This document shows positions 1 to 8,307 of a stretch of 24,639 nt of DNA, one piece after another. The stretch lies in IMG/VR virus record IMGVR_UViG_3300012347_000324, positions 1 through 24,639 of that record, one strand, 5' to 3'. Every line of letters begins with the position of its first letter. Position 1 is the first letter of the stretch. A program made the position numbers and the translations under genes. The notes beneath the pieces were generated by a model, which saw nothing but the letters and a program-made list of their open reading frames with translations, made no database searches and was not told where the DNA came from. This DNA is from a virus (lineage: Duplodnaviria; Caudoviricetes).

Positions 1-447
1 GGCCTAACCCCGCCGTCACCCTGGAAAGACGTTGACCTGTTGCTCGCTGTCCGTAGCCAGTTCAAGTTCCCAAGCAACAAGTTGGACTACGTCTCCCAGC
101 AGGTAGGTATCGGTAGCAAGGTGAAGCACGAGGGCCAGGAACTCTGGAACCGCGTGCTCGCTAACGACGCCAAGGCCTGGGAGAAGATGCGCAAGTACAA
201 CATCCAAGACGTGCGCCTAACCGAAAGCCTATACGACTACCTTGGTCCCTGGATCAAGAACCACCCACACATGGGCGTGTTCCTAGGCGCTCGCTGCTGC
301 GCCTCCTGTGGTGGCACTAACCTCATCGCTGACGGCTTCGGCCACACCAACACCACCGTCTACGCACGCCTTCAGTGTGGCAACTGTGGCGCCTGGAACC
401 GCTCGAACGTATCGCGCGGCAAACTGGAAGTAAAGCCCCTCCGCTAA
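1..447 (+). CDS. DEDDy/RNase H-like 3'-5' exonuclease with C-terminal zinc ribbon (5'-truncated by window edge)
   Basis: Frame is open from base 1. SNKLDYVSQQVG and KYNIQDV (ExoIII YxxxD) motifs; C-terminal CASC...CGNC. Confidence 0.75.
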   Translation, partial: GLTPPSPWKDVDLLLAVRSQFKFPSNKLDYVSQQVGIGSKVKHEGQELWNRVLANDAKAWEKMRKYNIQDVRLTESLYDYLGPWIKNHPHMGVFLGARCCASCGGTNLIADGFGHTNTTVYARLQCGNCGAWNRSNVSRGKLEVKPLR

Positions 448-465
448 GAGACAAACAAATGAACA

Positions 466-507
466 GGAAGTGCCCCAGGTCAGTCCGGCTTGGGGCACTT
501 CCGTTAG
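466..507 (+). promoter_or_regulatory. Conserved leader hairpin, copy 1 (upstream of sigma gene)
   Basis: GGAAGTGCCCCAGG(466-479) pairs with CTTGGGGCACTTCC(489-502) around loop TCAGTCCGG; near-identical copy at 3058-3098. Confidence 0.7.
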
Positions 508-516
508 AGAGACACT

Positions 517-1293
517 ATGACTAAGAAGAAGAAAAACAAACTAACCCCACAACAGGCTAAACTCGTTGAGCAGTATATTGGCCTTGCGCATAACATCGTA
601 AACAAACACCGGCACTGGGACGATGTCGCGAAGTTGTCTAGGGAAGACCTTGATAGCGAGGCATATCTTGGTCTGGTGCAGGCCGCCATGAACTGGAACG
701 AAAGCATCGGGCCGTTTCTTCCCTATGCCAAGAAGACGATCAAGAACGTGTTGATTGAGGCAGACCGTCAGCACTCGGTGCCTTTCAACTTGCCCTGGAA
801 TGAGCACCGCATCCTTCGAGACATTCGCCGTACGGTAAACGACGGAACTCCTTCAAATCCGACCGATGTGGCCAAGGCCCTGAAGATAAATGTAAGCAAA
901 ATCGTTGCGCTTTGGCCGTTCTATGATCTAAGACTGCACGCGTCCGTCGAGACCAACGACTTTCTTGACGAAAAGCCAAAGTGGGATAAGCCCCGAAAGG
1001 CAGGGTTTGACGACGTTGTCATTGAAGACAATGCCGAAAGTCCTGAGGACCAGGTAACTAAAACTGTTATGGCCGAACAGGTACAGGCGGCCCTGGCTTG
1101 CCTGCCACCAACTCACCGCCAGATCATCCGTTACCGCTTCGGCTTCGAGACGGGTGAACCGATGCTCTCCTCGGAAATCATGGAGGTAATGGGCCTCGGA
1201 CGTGCCGAGTATCAGGCGGCCGAAGATGCTGCCATGGAGAAGGTTGAGGCTATCCTACGTGGCCACAAGGGTAGCCGGACGGAAAACGAATAA
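517..1293 (+). CDS. Phage-encoded RNA polymerase sigma-70 family factor
   Basis: Region 2-like REDLDSEAYLGLVQAAMNWN..GPFLPYA; region 4-like LPPTHRQIIRYRFGFETGEPMLSSEIMEVMGL. Confidence 0.88.
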   Translation: MTKKKKNKLTPQQAKLVEQYIGLAHNIVNKHRHWDDVAKLSREDLDSEAYLGLVQAAMNWNESIGPFLPYAKKTIKNVLIEADRQHSVPFNLPWNEHRILRDIRRTVNDGTPSNPTDVAKALKINVSKIVALWPFYDLRLHASVETNDFLDEKPKWDKPRKAGFDDVVIEDNAESPEDQVTKTVMAEQVQAALACLPPTHRQIIRYRFGFETGEPMLSSEIMEVMGLGRAEYQAAEDAAMEKVEAILRGHKGSRTENE

Positions 1294-1368
1294 AAATCGG
1301 ACGGATTTCCGTACCATTCGAAAAACATGCCGATAGTAAACTTGTAGCGGATACGACCCCCCGCTACA
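1276..1368 (+). promoter_or_regulatory. Class-E promoter-like element, copy A
   Basis: CGGACGGA at 1276 and 1298; CCATTCGAAAAACATGCCGATAGTAAACTTGTAG (1314-1347); hairpin TGTAGCGG/CCGCTACA (1343-1368). Homologous to elements at 8225-8307 (-) and 9543-9622. Confidence 0.75.
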
Positions 1369-1380
1369 GGAAGATACAAA

Positions 1381-1626
1381 ATGCCTTATCTATCGATGAT
1401 AGCCTACTACGCACAGAGAGCGGAGTTCTGGCTTGATGACTCAAACTGGAACCTGGAATGGCACCACAGCGACGAAGGCCGCGAATGGCGTCAAGAGAAC
1501 GCCGAGTACTACCTTCAGAAGGCGCGCGCCCTGGCTGTTCGCTCAGGCTACTCTGATCCACAGGAAGTTATCGCTTCCACCTACAAGAAGTTCCCAAACC
1601 GTGCTCGCAAAGGAGTGACCCTGTAA
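1381..1626 (+). CDS. Hypothetical protein (81 aa)
   Basis: ATG just after the class-E element; TAATG overlap with the next gene. Confidence 0.7.
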   Translation: MPYLSMIAYYAQRAEFWLDDSNWNLEWHHSDEGREWRQENAEYYLQKARALAVRSGYSDPQEVIASTYKKFPNRARKGVTL

Positions 1627-2270
1627 TGAAGATTGTAAGAGCCGCCCGCCCAGAAGCAAGTTTTACCATCATCCGCAACGATGTGCTTCGTGACTCCCGC
1701 CTATCGTACCGCGCTCGCGGTGTCCTGGCCTTCATCCTCTCGAACGTGGATGACTGGCGCGTGACAGCAGACAGCCTGGCAGACATGGGCTCCGAGGGTC
1801 GCCAGGCGATCCACACCGTGTTCAAGGAACTGCGCGCCGCAGGTTACATTGAGCAGCGCCGCAAGCAAGACCTTGAAACAGGTAGATGGGAAACCATGAC
1901 TATCGTTTATGACTCACCTCGCAATGGATCCTTGGACGTGCCAGCAAAACCAAAGAAGGCTTCGGACGAATATTTGAAGACAGCCTCCAAGATGGTTGCC
2001 GAAGTATGGGAGCCAGCGGTTCGCGGGTTCTCCACCCAGCCTGCCATCGCTGTAGTCCGCATTGTAGCAACCTCGCTGCGTAACGGCGTACCTGCCAGCA
2101 AACTAAGCAAGGCGCTAACCTCAATCGCAGCAAAGAAGCAAACCGTGACCGCAACCCGCCTGTCAGAAGAGATGAACGGGCGACCACTTCGAGGTCAACT
2201 CCAGGCCGATAGAACCTTCGACTGGAAAGCAGAAACAGCAAACTCAACCGACGGCGTAGTCGCCCTATAA
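1626..2270 (+). CDS. Winged-HTH phage replication initiator-like protein
   Basis: N-terminus FTIIRNDVLRDSRLSYRARGVLAFILS...W...EG..AI...KEL..AGY is typical of phage initiator/replisome-organiser HTH domains. Confidence 0.7.
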   Translation: MKIVRAARPEASFTIIRNDVLRDSRLSYRARGVLAFILSNVDDWRVTADSLADMGSEGRQAIHTVFKELRAAGYIEQRRKQDLETGRWETMTIVYDSPRNGSLDVPAKPKKASDEYLKTASKMVAEVWEPAVRGFSTQPAIAVVRIVATSLRNGVPASKLSKALTSIAAKKQTVTATRLSEEMNGRPLRGQLQADRTFDWKAETANSTDGVVAL

Positions 2271-2288
2271 CCCCGAAAGGACCCCAAC

Positions 2289-2843
2289 ATGACTACCACC
2301 ACTCTACCAATCCCAGCACTAACCGCATCACAGATCGCAAAGTTCTACTCCAACGTAGCAGTCGACACGGAAACAGGTTGCCAGGTATGGCAAGGCACCC
2401 TGAATAACGGCGGCTACGGCACCATCAACATTGACCGCAAGCAGTACCGCGCTCACCGCGTCTCGTACGTCGTCAAGAACGGCGAACACGAGGCTGGCCT
2501 GGTTCTAGACCACCTGTGCCGCAATCGCGCCTGTGTCAACCCGGATCACCTGGAGCCAGTAACCTCACGCACTAACACCCTGCGCGGTGAGGGTATCAGC
2601 GCCCTAAACGCCCTCAAGAGCCACTGCCCACGCGGTCACGCAATGATTGACGCTAACCGCATCACCGACACCGTAGGCACCCACGGCCGCGCTTGCCGCT
2701 CTTGCGATAACGCAGCCCGCAGCGCACGACGCCAGGGCCTCAAGGGCGCTGCCCGCGAGCGCTTCATCCAGAAGAGCGCTGACCAGCGCTACATGGATGC
2801 ACTGCGTGCCGCAGCAAGCAAGGAAGCCGAGGTGTACGCATAA
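2289..2843 (+). CDS. HNH endonuclease with C-terminal CxxGH...CxxC zinc finger
   Basis: CQVWQG...GYG...AHRVSY...DHLCRNRACVNPDHLEPVT...N; then HCPRGH...CRSC. Confidence 0.9.
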   Translation: MTTTTLPIPALTASQIAKFYSNVAVDTETGCQVWQGTLNNGGYGTINIDRKQYRAHRVSYVVKNGEHEAGLVLDHLCRNRACVNPDHLEPVTSRTNTLRGEGISALNALKSHCPRGHAMIDANRITDTVGTHGRACRSCDNAARSARRQGLKGAARERFIQKSADQRYMDALRAAASKEAEVYA

Positions 2844-3043
2844 TGGCATCTAAGAGCATCCCAGCACACAAGCACTGGTTCACCACCACCTGCCCAAGCG
2901 GCAAGCGCGGTTACCCGGATCGCAGGTCGGCAAAGGAGGCGGCGCGAATGCTGGCCAAGATGGGAATGGGGAACATGCGCCCTTACGAGTGTTCCAAGTG
3001 CCCACACATTCACGTAGGACACCCTCACGTGTACAAGTACTAA
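2843..3043 (+). CDS. Small zinc-finger protein
   Basis: CPSGKRGY...RPYECSKCPHIHVGH; TAATG coupling to the HNH gene. Confidence 0.75.
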   Translation: MASKSIPAHKHWFTTTCPSGKRGYPDRRSAKEAARMLAKMGMGNMRPYECSKCPHIHVGHPHVYKY

Positions 3044-3057
3044 ACAGTTACCCTGTT

Positions 3058-3098
3058 CGAGAGCCCCAGGCCAGTCCGGCTTGGGGTTTTCTCGTTAG
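3058..3098 (+). promoter_or_regulatory. Conserved leader hairpin, copy 2
   Basis: GCCCCAGGCCAGTCCGGCTTGGGG followed by CGTTAG..AGACA..ATG, same layout as 466-519. Confidence 0.7.
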
Positions 3099-3107
3099 GA
3101 AGACATC

Positions 3108-3428
3108 ATGGAAGAAAACACCTCAGACCGCCTTGACGACCTGATCAAGGAAGAGCGCCTCCGAGAGACCGCTGCCGGTACAGGCATGTCGGCTCGCCGC
3201 GCTCGTCACCTGCTACGCCGCAAGGGCGCCAACCCTGAAGCCTGCCCACAGGGTCACCTGTACGACGACGAGAACACCCTGTACAACACGGCAGGCCGCC
3301 GCATGTGCTTGGCTTGCCTTCGCGACCGCCGCGTCTACCCAGACCGCCCGGTGAACCCCAGAGCCATGAAAGGCCCAGCGATTGACCTCAACAACCCGCA
3401 TCAAGTCCGTGACACCGAAGCCGGTTAG
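3108..3428 (+). CDS. Protein with stand-alone CxxGH...CxxC zinc finger
   Basis: ACPQGHLYDDENTLYNTAGRRMCLAC; AGGAAG before the ATG. Confidence 0.75.
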   Translation: MEENTSDRLDDLIKEERLRETAAGTGMSARRARHLLRRKGANPEACPQGHLYDDENTLYNTAGRRMCLACLRDRRVYPDRPVNPRAMKGPAIDLNNPHQVRDTEAG

Positions 3429-3651
3429 CGCTTGCCGGATAACAGAGGTGCTCCCAGGCGGGGCCGAGTACTCCTACGTTATCAAGGACCCTGACATTGA
3501 CGACTTCCGCCCCGACAACACCCACGGCTCCGAAACCGTAGCACCCAACTACCGCAGGTACCTGAGGGACCGCAATGAGCGTGGTGCCGAATACGCGGAT
3601 GCCCTGCGAGCACTTGGAGGCTATCGTGCCGCGCCAAAGTGGAACCCGTAG
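3382..3651 (+). CDS. Hypothetical protein (start uncertain)
   Basis: Fills the gap to the late motif at 3659; the TTG start overlaps the upstream gene, so a later GTG may be used. Confidence 0.5.
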   Translation: MTSTTRIKSVTPKPVSACRITEVLPGGAEYSYVIKDPDIDDFRPDNTHGSETVAPNYRRYLRDRNERGAEYADALRALGGYRAAPKWNP

Positions 3652-3658
3652 TCCAGAA

Positions 3659-3677
3659 ACGCATACAGCAACAATAG
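3659..3677 (+). promoter_or_regulatory. 19-bp late motif, copy 1 (ACGCATACAGCAACAATAG)
   Basis: One of eight co-oriented copies; upstream of the methyltransferase GTG at 3710. Confidence 0.8.
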
Positions 3678-3709
3678 TAAACGACCCCAGCAGAAAGAGA
3701 CCCCCTTTC

Positions 3710-5281
3710 GTGAGCACCCCTAAGCCGCATCGCCAGTCCGACCAATACACCGTGGTAAACGCGGACAGCCTGGAATACCTGAAGACCCTGCCCGACAACT
3801 CTGTTGATAGCATCGTCACCGACCCGCCCTACGAGATCGGGTTCATGGGCCGCGGCTGGGACAGCACCGGTATCGCCTACAATGTTGAGTTGTGGAAAGA
3901 GTGCCTTCGCGTGCTCAAGCCCGGCGGTCACGCACTCGTGTTCGGCGCAACACGCACCTACCACCGTGTAGCCGTCGCCATTGAAGACGCAGGGTTCGAG
4001 ATCCGTGACAGCATTCACTGGGTGTATGGTTCGGGCTTCCCGAAGTCCATGGACATAAGTAAGGCGATCGACAAGGCCGCTGGAGCAGAAAGAGAAGTCG
4101 TAGGCGAGGGGCCGTTTGCCAATAGGCGCCCAAATGGCGTTGGGAACTCGATTGCGCACGGCGACTACGGAACCGTGCCGGGCCATGATATCACCGCCCC
4201 CGCGACCCCCGAGGCCCAGCAGTGGTCTGGTTGGGGCACTGCGTTGAAGCCTGCGCATGAACCGATTGTGGTTGCCAGGAAACCCGTGGAAGGCACGGTA
4301 GCCCAGAATGTCCTCACCTACGGAGTTGGCGGACTAAACATTGACGCGAGTCGGGTGGGCAATGAAGAGCGCACCTATGCTTTGACAATGACGCCTGGAA
4401 ACTTTGAGACCACCGATGGTGGAAAGAACAAGCCGTCTGGAACCGCAACGGTTTCTGGCCGTTTTCCGGCGAACATTCTGCTCACCCACAACGCAGACTG
4501 TGTCTTTGGGTATGGCGATAAATCAAACACATTGGCAGAGTCGAACACATCAAACACAGGAATGATTTTAGCGCTTGAAGAAGTTGCTATTGCCGTTGAT
4601 GTCAATGTGAGTGGCAATCCGGCTGTCTACCAGTGTTCCCAGGGTTGCCCTGTGGCCGCAATGGATGAGCAGAGTGGAGAGAGCAAGAGCACTGGAGGTA
4701 AGACCGGCGGCTCAATCTTTGATAAGCCACTTGGTGGGACAAATCCAGGCAGAAACGAAGGCGGCCTAGGAGATGTTGGTGGCGCATCTAGATACTTCAC
4801 TAACATTGACCACGACGAAGCACTTTCGGACGCGCCGTTCTACTATAGCGCCAAGGCCTCAAGAAGGGAGCGCCCTGTTCACCCTGAGACTGGCAAGGGT
4901 CACCCAACCGTCAAGCCGCTTGAGTTGATGCGCTGGCTAATCCGCCTGGTCACCCCAGAAGGCGGCACCGTACTTGAACCTTTTGCTGGTTCGGGGGCTA
5001 CCGTAGAGGCGGCCCTGTTGGAGAACTGCCGTATCATTGCGATTGACCTGGAGAAGGAGCACATGCCGCTGATTGACGCACGCATTGACCGTTTCGAGGC
5101 GGGCCTGTCGCCCGTCAAAAAGGTGAAGCCAGTAAAGGCACAGAAGGCCCCTCAGAAGCCCGCAAACGGCCCTGTGACGGCTTTAGAGGCCGCAGAGGTA
5201 GCAATGGCTGCCCTGGCCCGTAAAAAGGCCCCACAAGCCCAGACAGCCCTTCCACTATTCGAGGAGACAGACAATGCCTAA
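3710..5281 (+). CDS. N6-adenine/N4-cytosine DNA methyltransferase (beta class)
   Basis: Catalytic TDPPY precedes HPTVKP and SAM-binding EPFAGSG. Start moved from 3575 to the in-frame GTG at 3710, which follows purine-rich AGAAAGAGA and lies downstream of the late motif. Confidence 0.9.
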   Translation: MSTPKPHRQSDQYTVVNADSLEYLKTLPDNSVDSIVTDPPYEIGFMGRGWDSTGIAYNVELWKECLRVLKPGGHALVFGATRTYHRVAVAIEDAGFEIRDSIHWVYGSGFPKSMDISKAIDKAAGAEREVVGEGPFANRRPNGVGNSIAHGDYGTVPGHDITAPATPEAQQWSGWGTALKPAHEPIVVARKPVEGTVAQNVLTYGVGGLNIDASRVGNEERTYALTMTPGNFETTDGGKNKPSGTATVSGRFPANILLTHNADCVFGYGDKSNTLAESNTSNTGMILALEEVAIAVDVNVSGNPAVYQCSQGCPVAAMDEQSGESKSTGGKTGGSIFDKPLGGTNPGRNEGGLGDVGGASRYFTNIDHDEALSDAPFYYSAKASRRERPVHPETGKGHPTVKPLELMRWLIRLVTPEGGTVLEPFAGSGATVEAALLENCRIIAIDLEKEHMPLIDARIDRFEAGLSPVKKVKPVKAQKAPQKPANGPVTALEAAEVAMAALARKKAPQAQTALPLFEETDNA

Positions 5282-5777
5282 CCCTATCAACGATAACCAG
5301 GTGTATGACGTACCAGTAGATGCGCTCATTGGCTTCCCAGGCAACGCCAGACAGGGTGCCATCGTGCCCCTCATGGAGAGCCTGCGTTTCAACGGCCAGT
5401 TCAGGCCTATCGTGGTTCGCCGTGAGACCCGGGAAATCCTAGCAGGTAACCACACCTGGAAAGCCGCCAAGCAACTCCAGTGGAAAACCGTCAAGGTCAC
5501 CTATGTGGAGAACATCAGCGACGATGACGCCAAGCGCATCGTGCTCGCCGACAACCGCCTCAACGACCTTGCCACCTATAACGTGCCGGACCTCACTGCC
5601 CTGCTCGACAGCCTGCCAACCCTGGAAGGTACAGGCTTCGATAACTATGAGATGGTGAACCTGGAAGCCGCATTCAGCGAGCCAGCGCCAAGCGTCTCAG
5701 ACACCCTCGGTAACGGGGAAACCAAGGTGCCCCGCACCATCACCTGCCCAAACTGCTCACACGCCTGGGAGGCATAA
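5274..5777 (+). CDS. ParB/Sulfiredoxin N-terminal domain protein
   Basis: GNARQG...SLRFNGQFRPIVV...ILAGNHTWKAAKQL...LADNR; C-terminal CPNC. Confidence 0.85.
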   Translation: MPNPINDNQVYDVPVDALIGFPGNARQGAIVPLMESLRFNGQFRPIVVRRETREILAGNHTWKAAKQLQWKTVKVTYVENISDDDAKRIVLADNRLNDLATYNVPDLTALLDSLPTLEGTGFDNYEMVNLEAAFSEPAPSVSDTLGNGETKVPRTITCPNCSHAWEA

Positions 5778-5780
5778 CAA

Positions 5781-6281
5781 ATGGCTAGACCATCCAAGTT
5801 CAACTCTGAACGCATTGACAAGATAGTAAACCTAATCCGCCTGGGCAACTTTGCGGAGACCGCTGCCGCCGCCGCAGGTATCAGCAAGCAAACCTACTAC
5901 AACTGGCTTGCCCGCGGTAAAGCAGAGCGCGAACGTATTGACGAAACAGGTACCAAGGCGAAGGCTTCCGAGAAGCACTTCCTGGAGTTCTTTGACGCAG
6001 TAGAGGGGGCAAGGGCCGAAGCGGAGGCTCGCATGGTCGCCTTGATCTCCACGGCAGCCCAAGACCCAACCAAATGGCAAGCAGCAGCCTGGTGGCTCGA
6101 AAGGGTGGCCCCACAGAAGTACGGTCGCATCAACCGCACCGAAATCAGCGGCCCCGACGGCGCACCAATCCAGTCGGAAACCAAGTCGATTCAGTACAGT
6201 GAGGCCGAAATCATCGCCCTGGCTGACGAGATCCTAGGCCTAAATGTTGACACGTCCGAAAGCGAGAACGCAAATGGCTAA
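5781..6281 (+). CDS. terS: HTH protein, probable terminase small subunit
   Basis: MARPSK...AAAAGISKQTYYNWL HTH, WQAAAWWLER and EISGPDGAPI tail resemble phage TerS-like proteins. Confidence 0.6.
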   Translation: MARPSKFNSERIDKIVNLIRLGNFAETAAAAAGISKQTYYNWLARGKAERERIDETGTKAKASEKHFLEFFDAVEGARAEAEARMVALISTAAQDPTKWQAAAWWLERVAPQKYGRINRTEISGPDGAPIQSETKSIQYSEAEIIALADEILGLNVDTSESENANG

Positions 6282-6498
6282 CCAGGAACCCCGCATGGTC
6301 TGGTACGAGGCCGAAGAATACATTGAGGACATCACCTTCGAGTACAATCCTGATGACGGCATGGTCGCCTCTCTGGCCTACTGGCGGGTACGTATCGACA
6401 ACCACAAGCAGTTCCCAATGAGTGAGCAGGCTGGTATCATTACCGCTGCGATGTTCTTTGGCCCACCCCTAGACGATGAAGGAGTTGATAGCGAATGA
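6274..6498 (+). CDS. Hypothetical acidic protein
   Basis: In-frame ATG at 6274 overlaps the upstream stop; ATGA overlap with the next gene. Confidence 0.6.
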   Translation: MANQEPRMVWYEAEEYIEDITFEYNPDDGMVASLAYWRVRIDNHKQFPMSEQAGIITAAMFFGPPLDDEGVDSE

Positions 6499-6830
6499 AG
6501 AAGCCACCAAAGCAGGTTAGCCTGGGTCACCGGACAATCCGAATAGAAACACACCCTGTAGCGAACGACCCTTACCTCGATGAGGCGCTGGGCTATACTC
6601 GTTATGAAACCGACCTGATCGTGCTACGTAACGACCTGTCAAACGGGGCTGCCAGGGCTACCCTGTTACACGAACTGCTTCACGTTATCATTGAGGCTTC
6701 CCGCCCAGGACAGGTGAAGCCAAGCAAGGAAGATATGGAACACTGGTTCATTGGACTGATTGAGAACCCGCTTATCACGGTGCTCCAGGACAACCCAGAC
6801 CTGTTAGCCTATCTCATGGCAAGAGACTAG
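6495..6830 (+). CDS. HExxH metallopeptidase-like protein (ImmA/IrrE-like fold)
   Basis: LGYT....LIVL......ARATLLHELLHVI. Confidence 0.7.
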   Translation: MKKPPKQVSLGHRTIRIETHPVANDPYLDEALGYTRYETDLIVLRNDLSNGAARATLLHELLHVIIEASRPGQVKPSKEDMEHWFIGLIENPLITVLQDNPDLLAYLMARD

Positions 6831-6840
6831 TTAGGACGCA

Positions 6841-6881
6841 AAGAAGCCCCCACGGGAAAGGACAACCTGTGGGGGCTTCTT
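6841..6881. terminator. Bidirectional intrinsic terminator between convergent genes
   Basis: AAGAAGCCCCCACGG...CTGTGGGGGCTTCTT inverted repeat between stops at 6830 (+) and 6892 (-). Confidence 0.8.
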
Positions 6882-6891
6882 CTGTTTGGCG

Positions 6892-7128
6892 CTACTCTTT
6901 GTCGGGGCCTACCCAGGAGTCAAGCACAGCACCATTGCGACCTATCAGATAGTAGTTGTGTCCGCCCGGGCCATTGGCTGGCAGGTATCTAACTGACACT
7001 TCTGGCACCCGGTCTACCTGTTTGCCAATATGCTTGCGTGAATACATCAGAATGCTAAGGACAATAACAACTGATGTCAATAGAAAGCCTATACCGATTA
7101 GCAGGTCGAGTTGGTCTTTGATACTCAT
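6892..7128 (-). CDS. Small membrane protein
   Basis: One hydrophobic helix LLIGIGFLLTSVVIVLSILMY; GAAGGA RBS; overlap with the upstream gene. Confidence 0.7.
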   Translation of the reverse strand: MSIKDQLDLLIGIGFLLTSVVIVLSILMYSRKHIGKQVDRVPEVSVRYLPANGPGGHNYYLIGRNGAVLDSWVGPDKE

Positions 7129-7403
7129 TTTGTTCCTTCTTTCTCTTGGTTACTCCCTAGCGGGCCAGTTCTCAAGTCGATAAGGGTTATGTTGGTTGCG
7201 ATATGTCTACCATCGCCAACCAACATACTTATATCTACCTTGTATCCAAATGTTTTTAGGTAGTCAATCGCATTTTTATACCCATTCCAGTTTAGGGAAG
7301 CGGTTGCCTCTGATTCGCTAAATCCATCTTGAATAAGCGTGCTAATGTATAGTTCGCGAATGGCTGAGGCCTTTTCAAGATGCATTGTAAAGTTTGTGCG
7401 CAT
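7125..7403 (-). CDS. Hypothetical protein (low GC)
   Basis: AGAAGGAACC before the ATG; part of a four-gene leftward run. Confidence 0.7.
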   Translation of the reverse strand: MRTNFTMHLEKASAIRELYISTLIQDGFSESEATASLNWNGYKNAIDYLKTFGYKVDISMLVGDGRHIATNITLIDLRTGPLGSNQEKEGTK

Positions 7404-7429
7404 GGTTCCTTCTTTCTCTTGGTGGTTCT

Positions 7430-7819
7430 CTAACGGAGTGTTTCTTTATTGGTCGGCCAGTTACCCTTGCCGCTATTTAGAAACATCATCATCTCGGCCT
7501 GTTCACGATTTACGCCAGGAACTAGCCAGGTATGTATGACGATCATAGGATATTCGTTCTCTAAGTGGTCAAAATAAAGGTTCAGGTCAAAGGCTCGCCC
7601 TGCCGCCATGGCTTCCAGGGCCTTATCCGCATAAAGGTTTAGCACAAGATAAAGCCAACCAAGTCCACGGCCATGATACTCACGGCGCTTTCTTGCCAAC
7701 TGCTTTACCTGACGTACAGTGCGAATATCATTAGCCGCGATCGCTTGATGTAAACGGAACACCTGTTTCAGCAGGCTCTTTGCGAACCTGTCGGTTATCT
7801 CGACTTCCATTGTAAGCAT
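7430..7819 (-). CDS. Hypothetical protein
   Basis: TAATG coupling with 7819..8211 on the minus strand. Confidence 0.7.
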   Translation of the reverse strand: MLTMEVEITDRFAKSLLKQVFRLHQAIAANDIRTVRQVKQLARKRREYHGRGLGWLYLVLNLYADKALEAMAAGRAFDLNLYFDHLENEYPMIVIHTWLVPGVNREQAEMMMFLNSGKGNWPTNKETLR

Positions 7820-8211
7820 TAGTGACTATCGTACCAGAAGGCTGGCAGATTGGCGAGGGGCACGTCTTGAAACATGCGAAGGGTGGTGCCGCGAGCCTCG
7901 TAACCCAGGCGCACCCGGGCTTCCGACAGGGCCTGCTGGATGGTATCATACGCGTCAAGTTCATCAAAGGCCAAGGGCGGCATAACAAGGTCACCTTCCA
8001 GGCGGTCAAAGCGCTCGGCAAACTTGAACAGTAGGTAGCCGTCAATGTCTTCCTTGCTCTCATAGTGGTTGACTGATACGGACCAGTAGCCTCGGGCTTC
8101 CTTGTTCTCCTGGAAGTCCAAGCGTGCAATCAAAGCCTCGCCTGTACCGGGAGCAAGTTCCTGCATCTGGTAGGCAAGGAAACCGTCACTGGTTCTGTGG
8201 ATCTCAAACAT
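7819..8211 (-). CDS. Hypothetical protein, first gene of the leftward cassette
   Basis: ATG lies 13 nt after the hairpin of class-E element B. Confidence 0.75.
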   Translation of the reverse strand: MFEIHRTSDGFLAYQMQELAPGTGEALIARLDFQENKEARGYWSVSVNHYESKEDIDGYLLFKFAERFDRLEGDLVMPPLAFDELDAYDTIQQALSEARVRLGYEARGTTLRMFQDVPLANLPAFWYDSH

Positions 8212-8224
8212 CTCTTCTTCTTTC

Positions 8225-8307
8225 TGTTGCGGTGGGTTGGAACCGCTACAATGTTACTATCGGCCTGGTTTCCAAATGGCACGCAAATCCGTCCGAATAT
8301 CCGTCCG
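8225..8307 (-). promoter_or_regulatory. Class-E promoter-like element, copy B
   Basis: Reverse complement reads CGGACGGATATTCGGACGGATTTGCGTGCCATTTGGAAACCAGGCCGATAGTAACATTGTAGCGG-TTCCAACCCA-CCGCAACA. Confidence 0.75.

Noticed and set aside
3575-3709. N-terminal extension of the methyltransferase given in the ORF track
   Set aside because: It overlaps the upstream ORF and spans the late motif; the in-frame GTG at 3710 after a purine-rich tract is more plausible.
4250-4850. Intein or mobile insertion in the long methyltransferase middle region
   Set aside because: No HN-C/S/T splice junction or LAGLIDADG motif; long variable regions are common in this MTase type.
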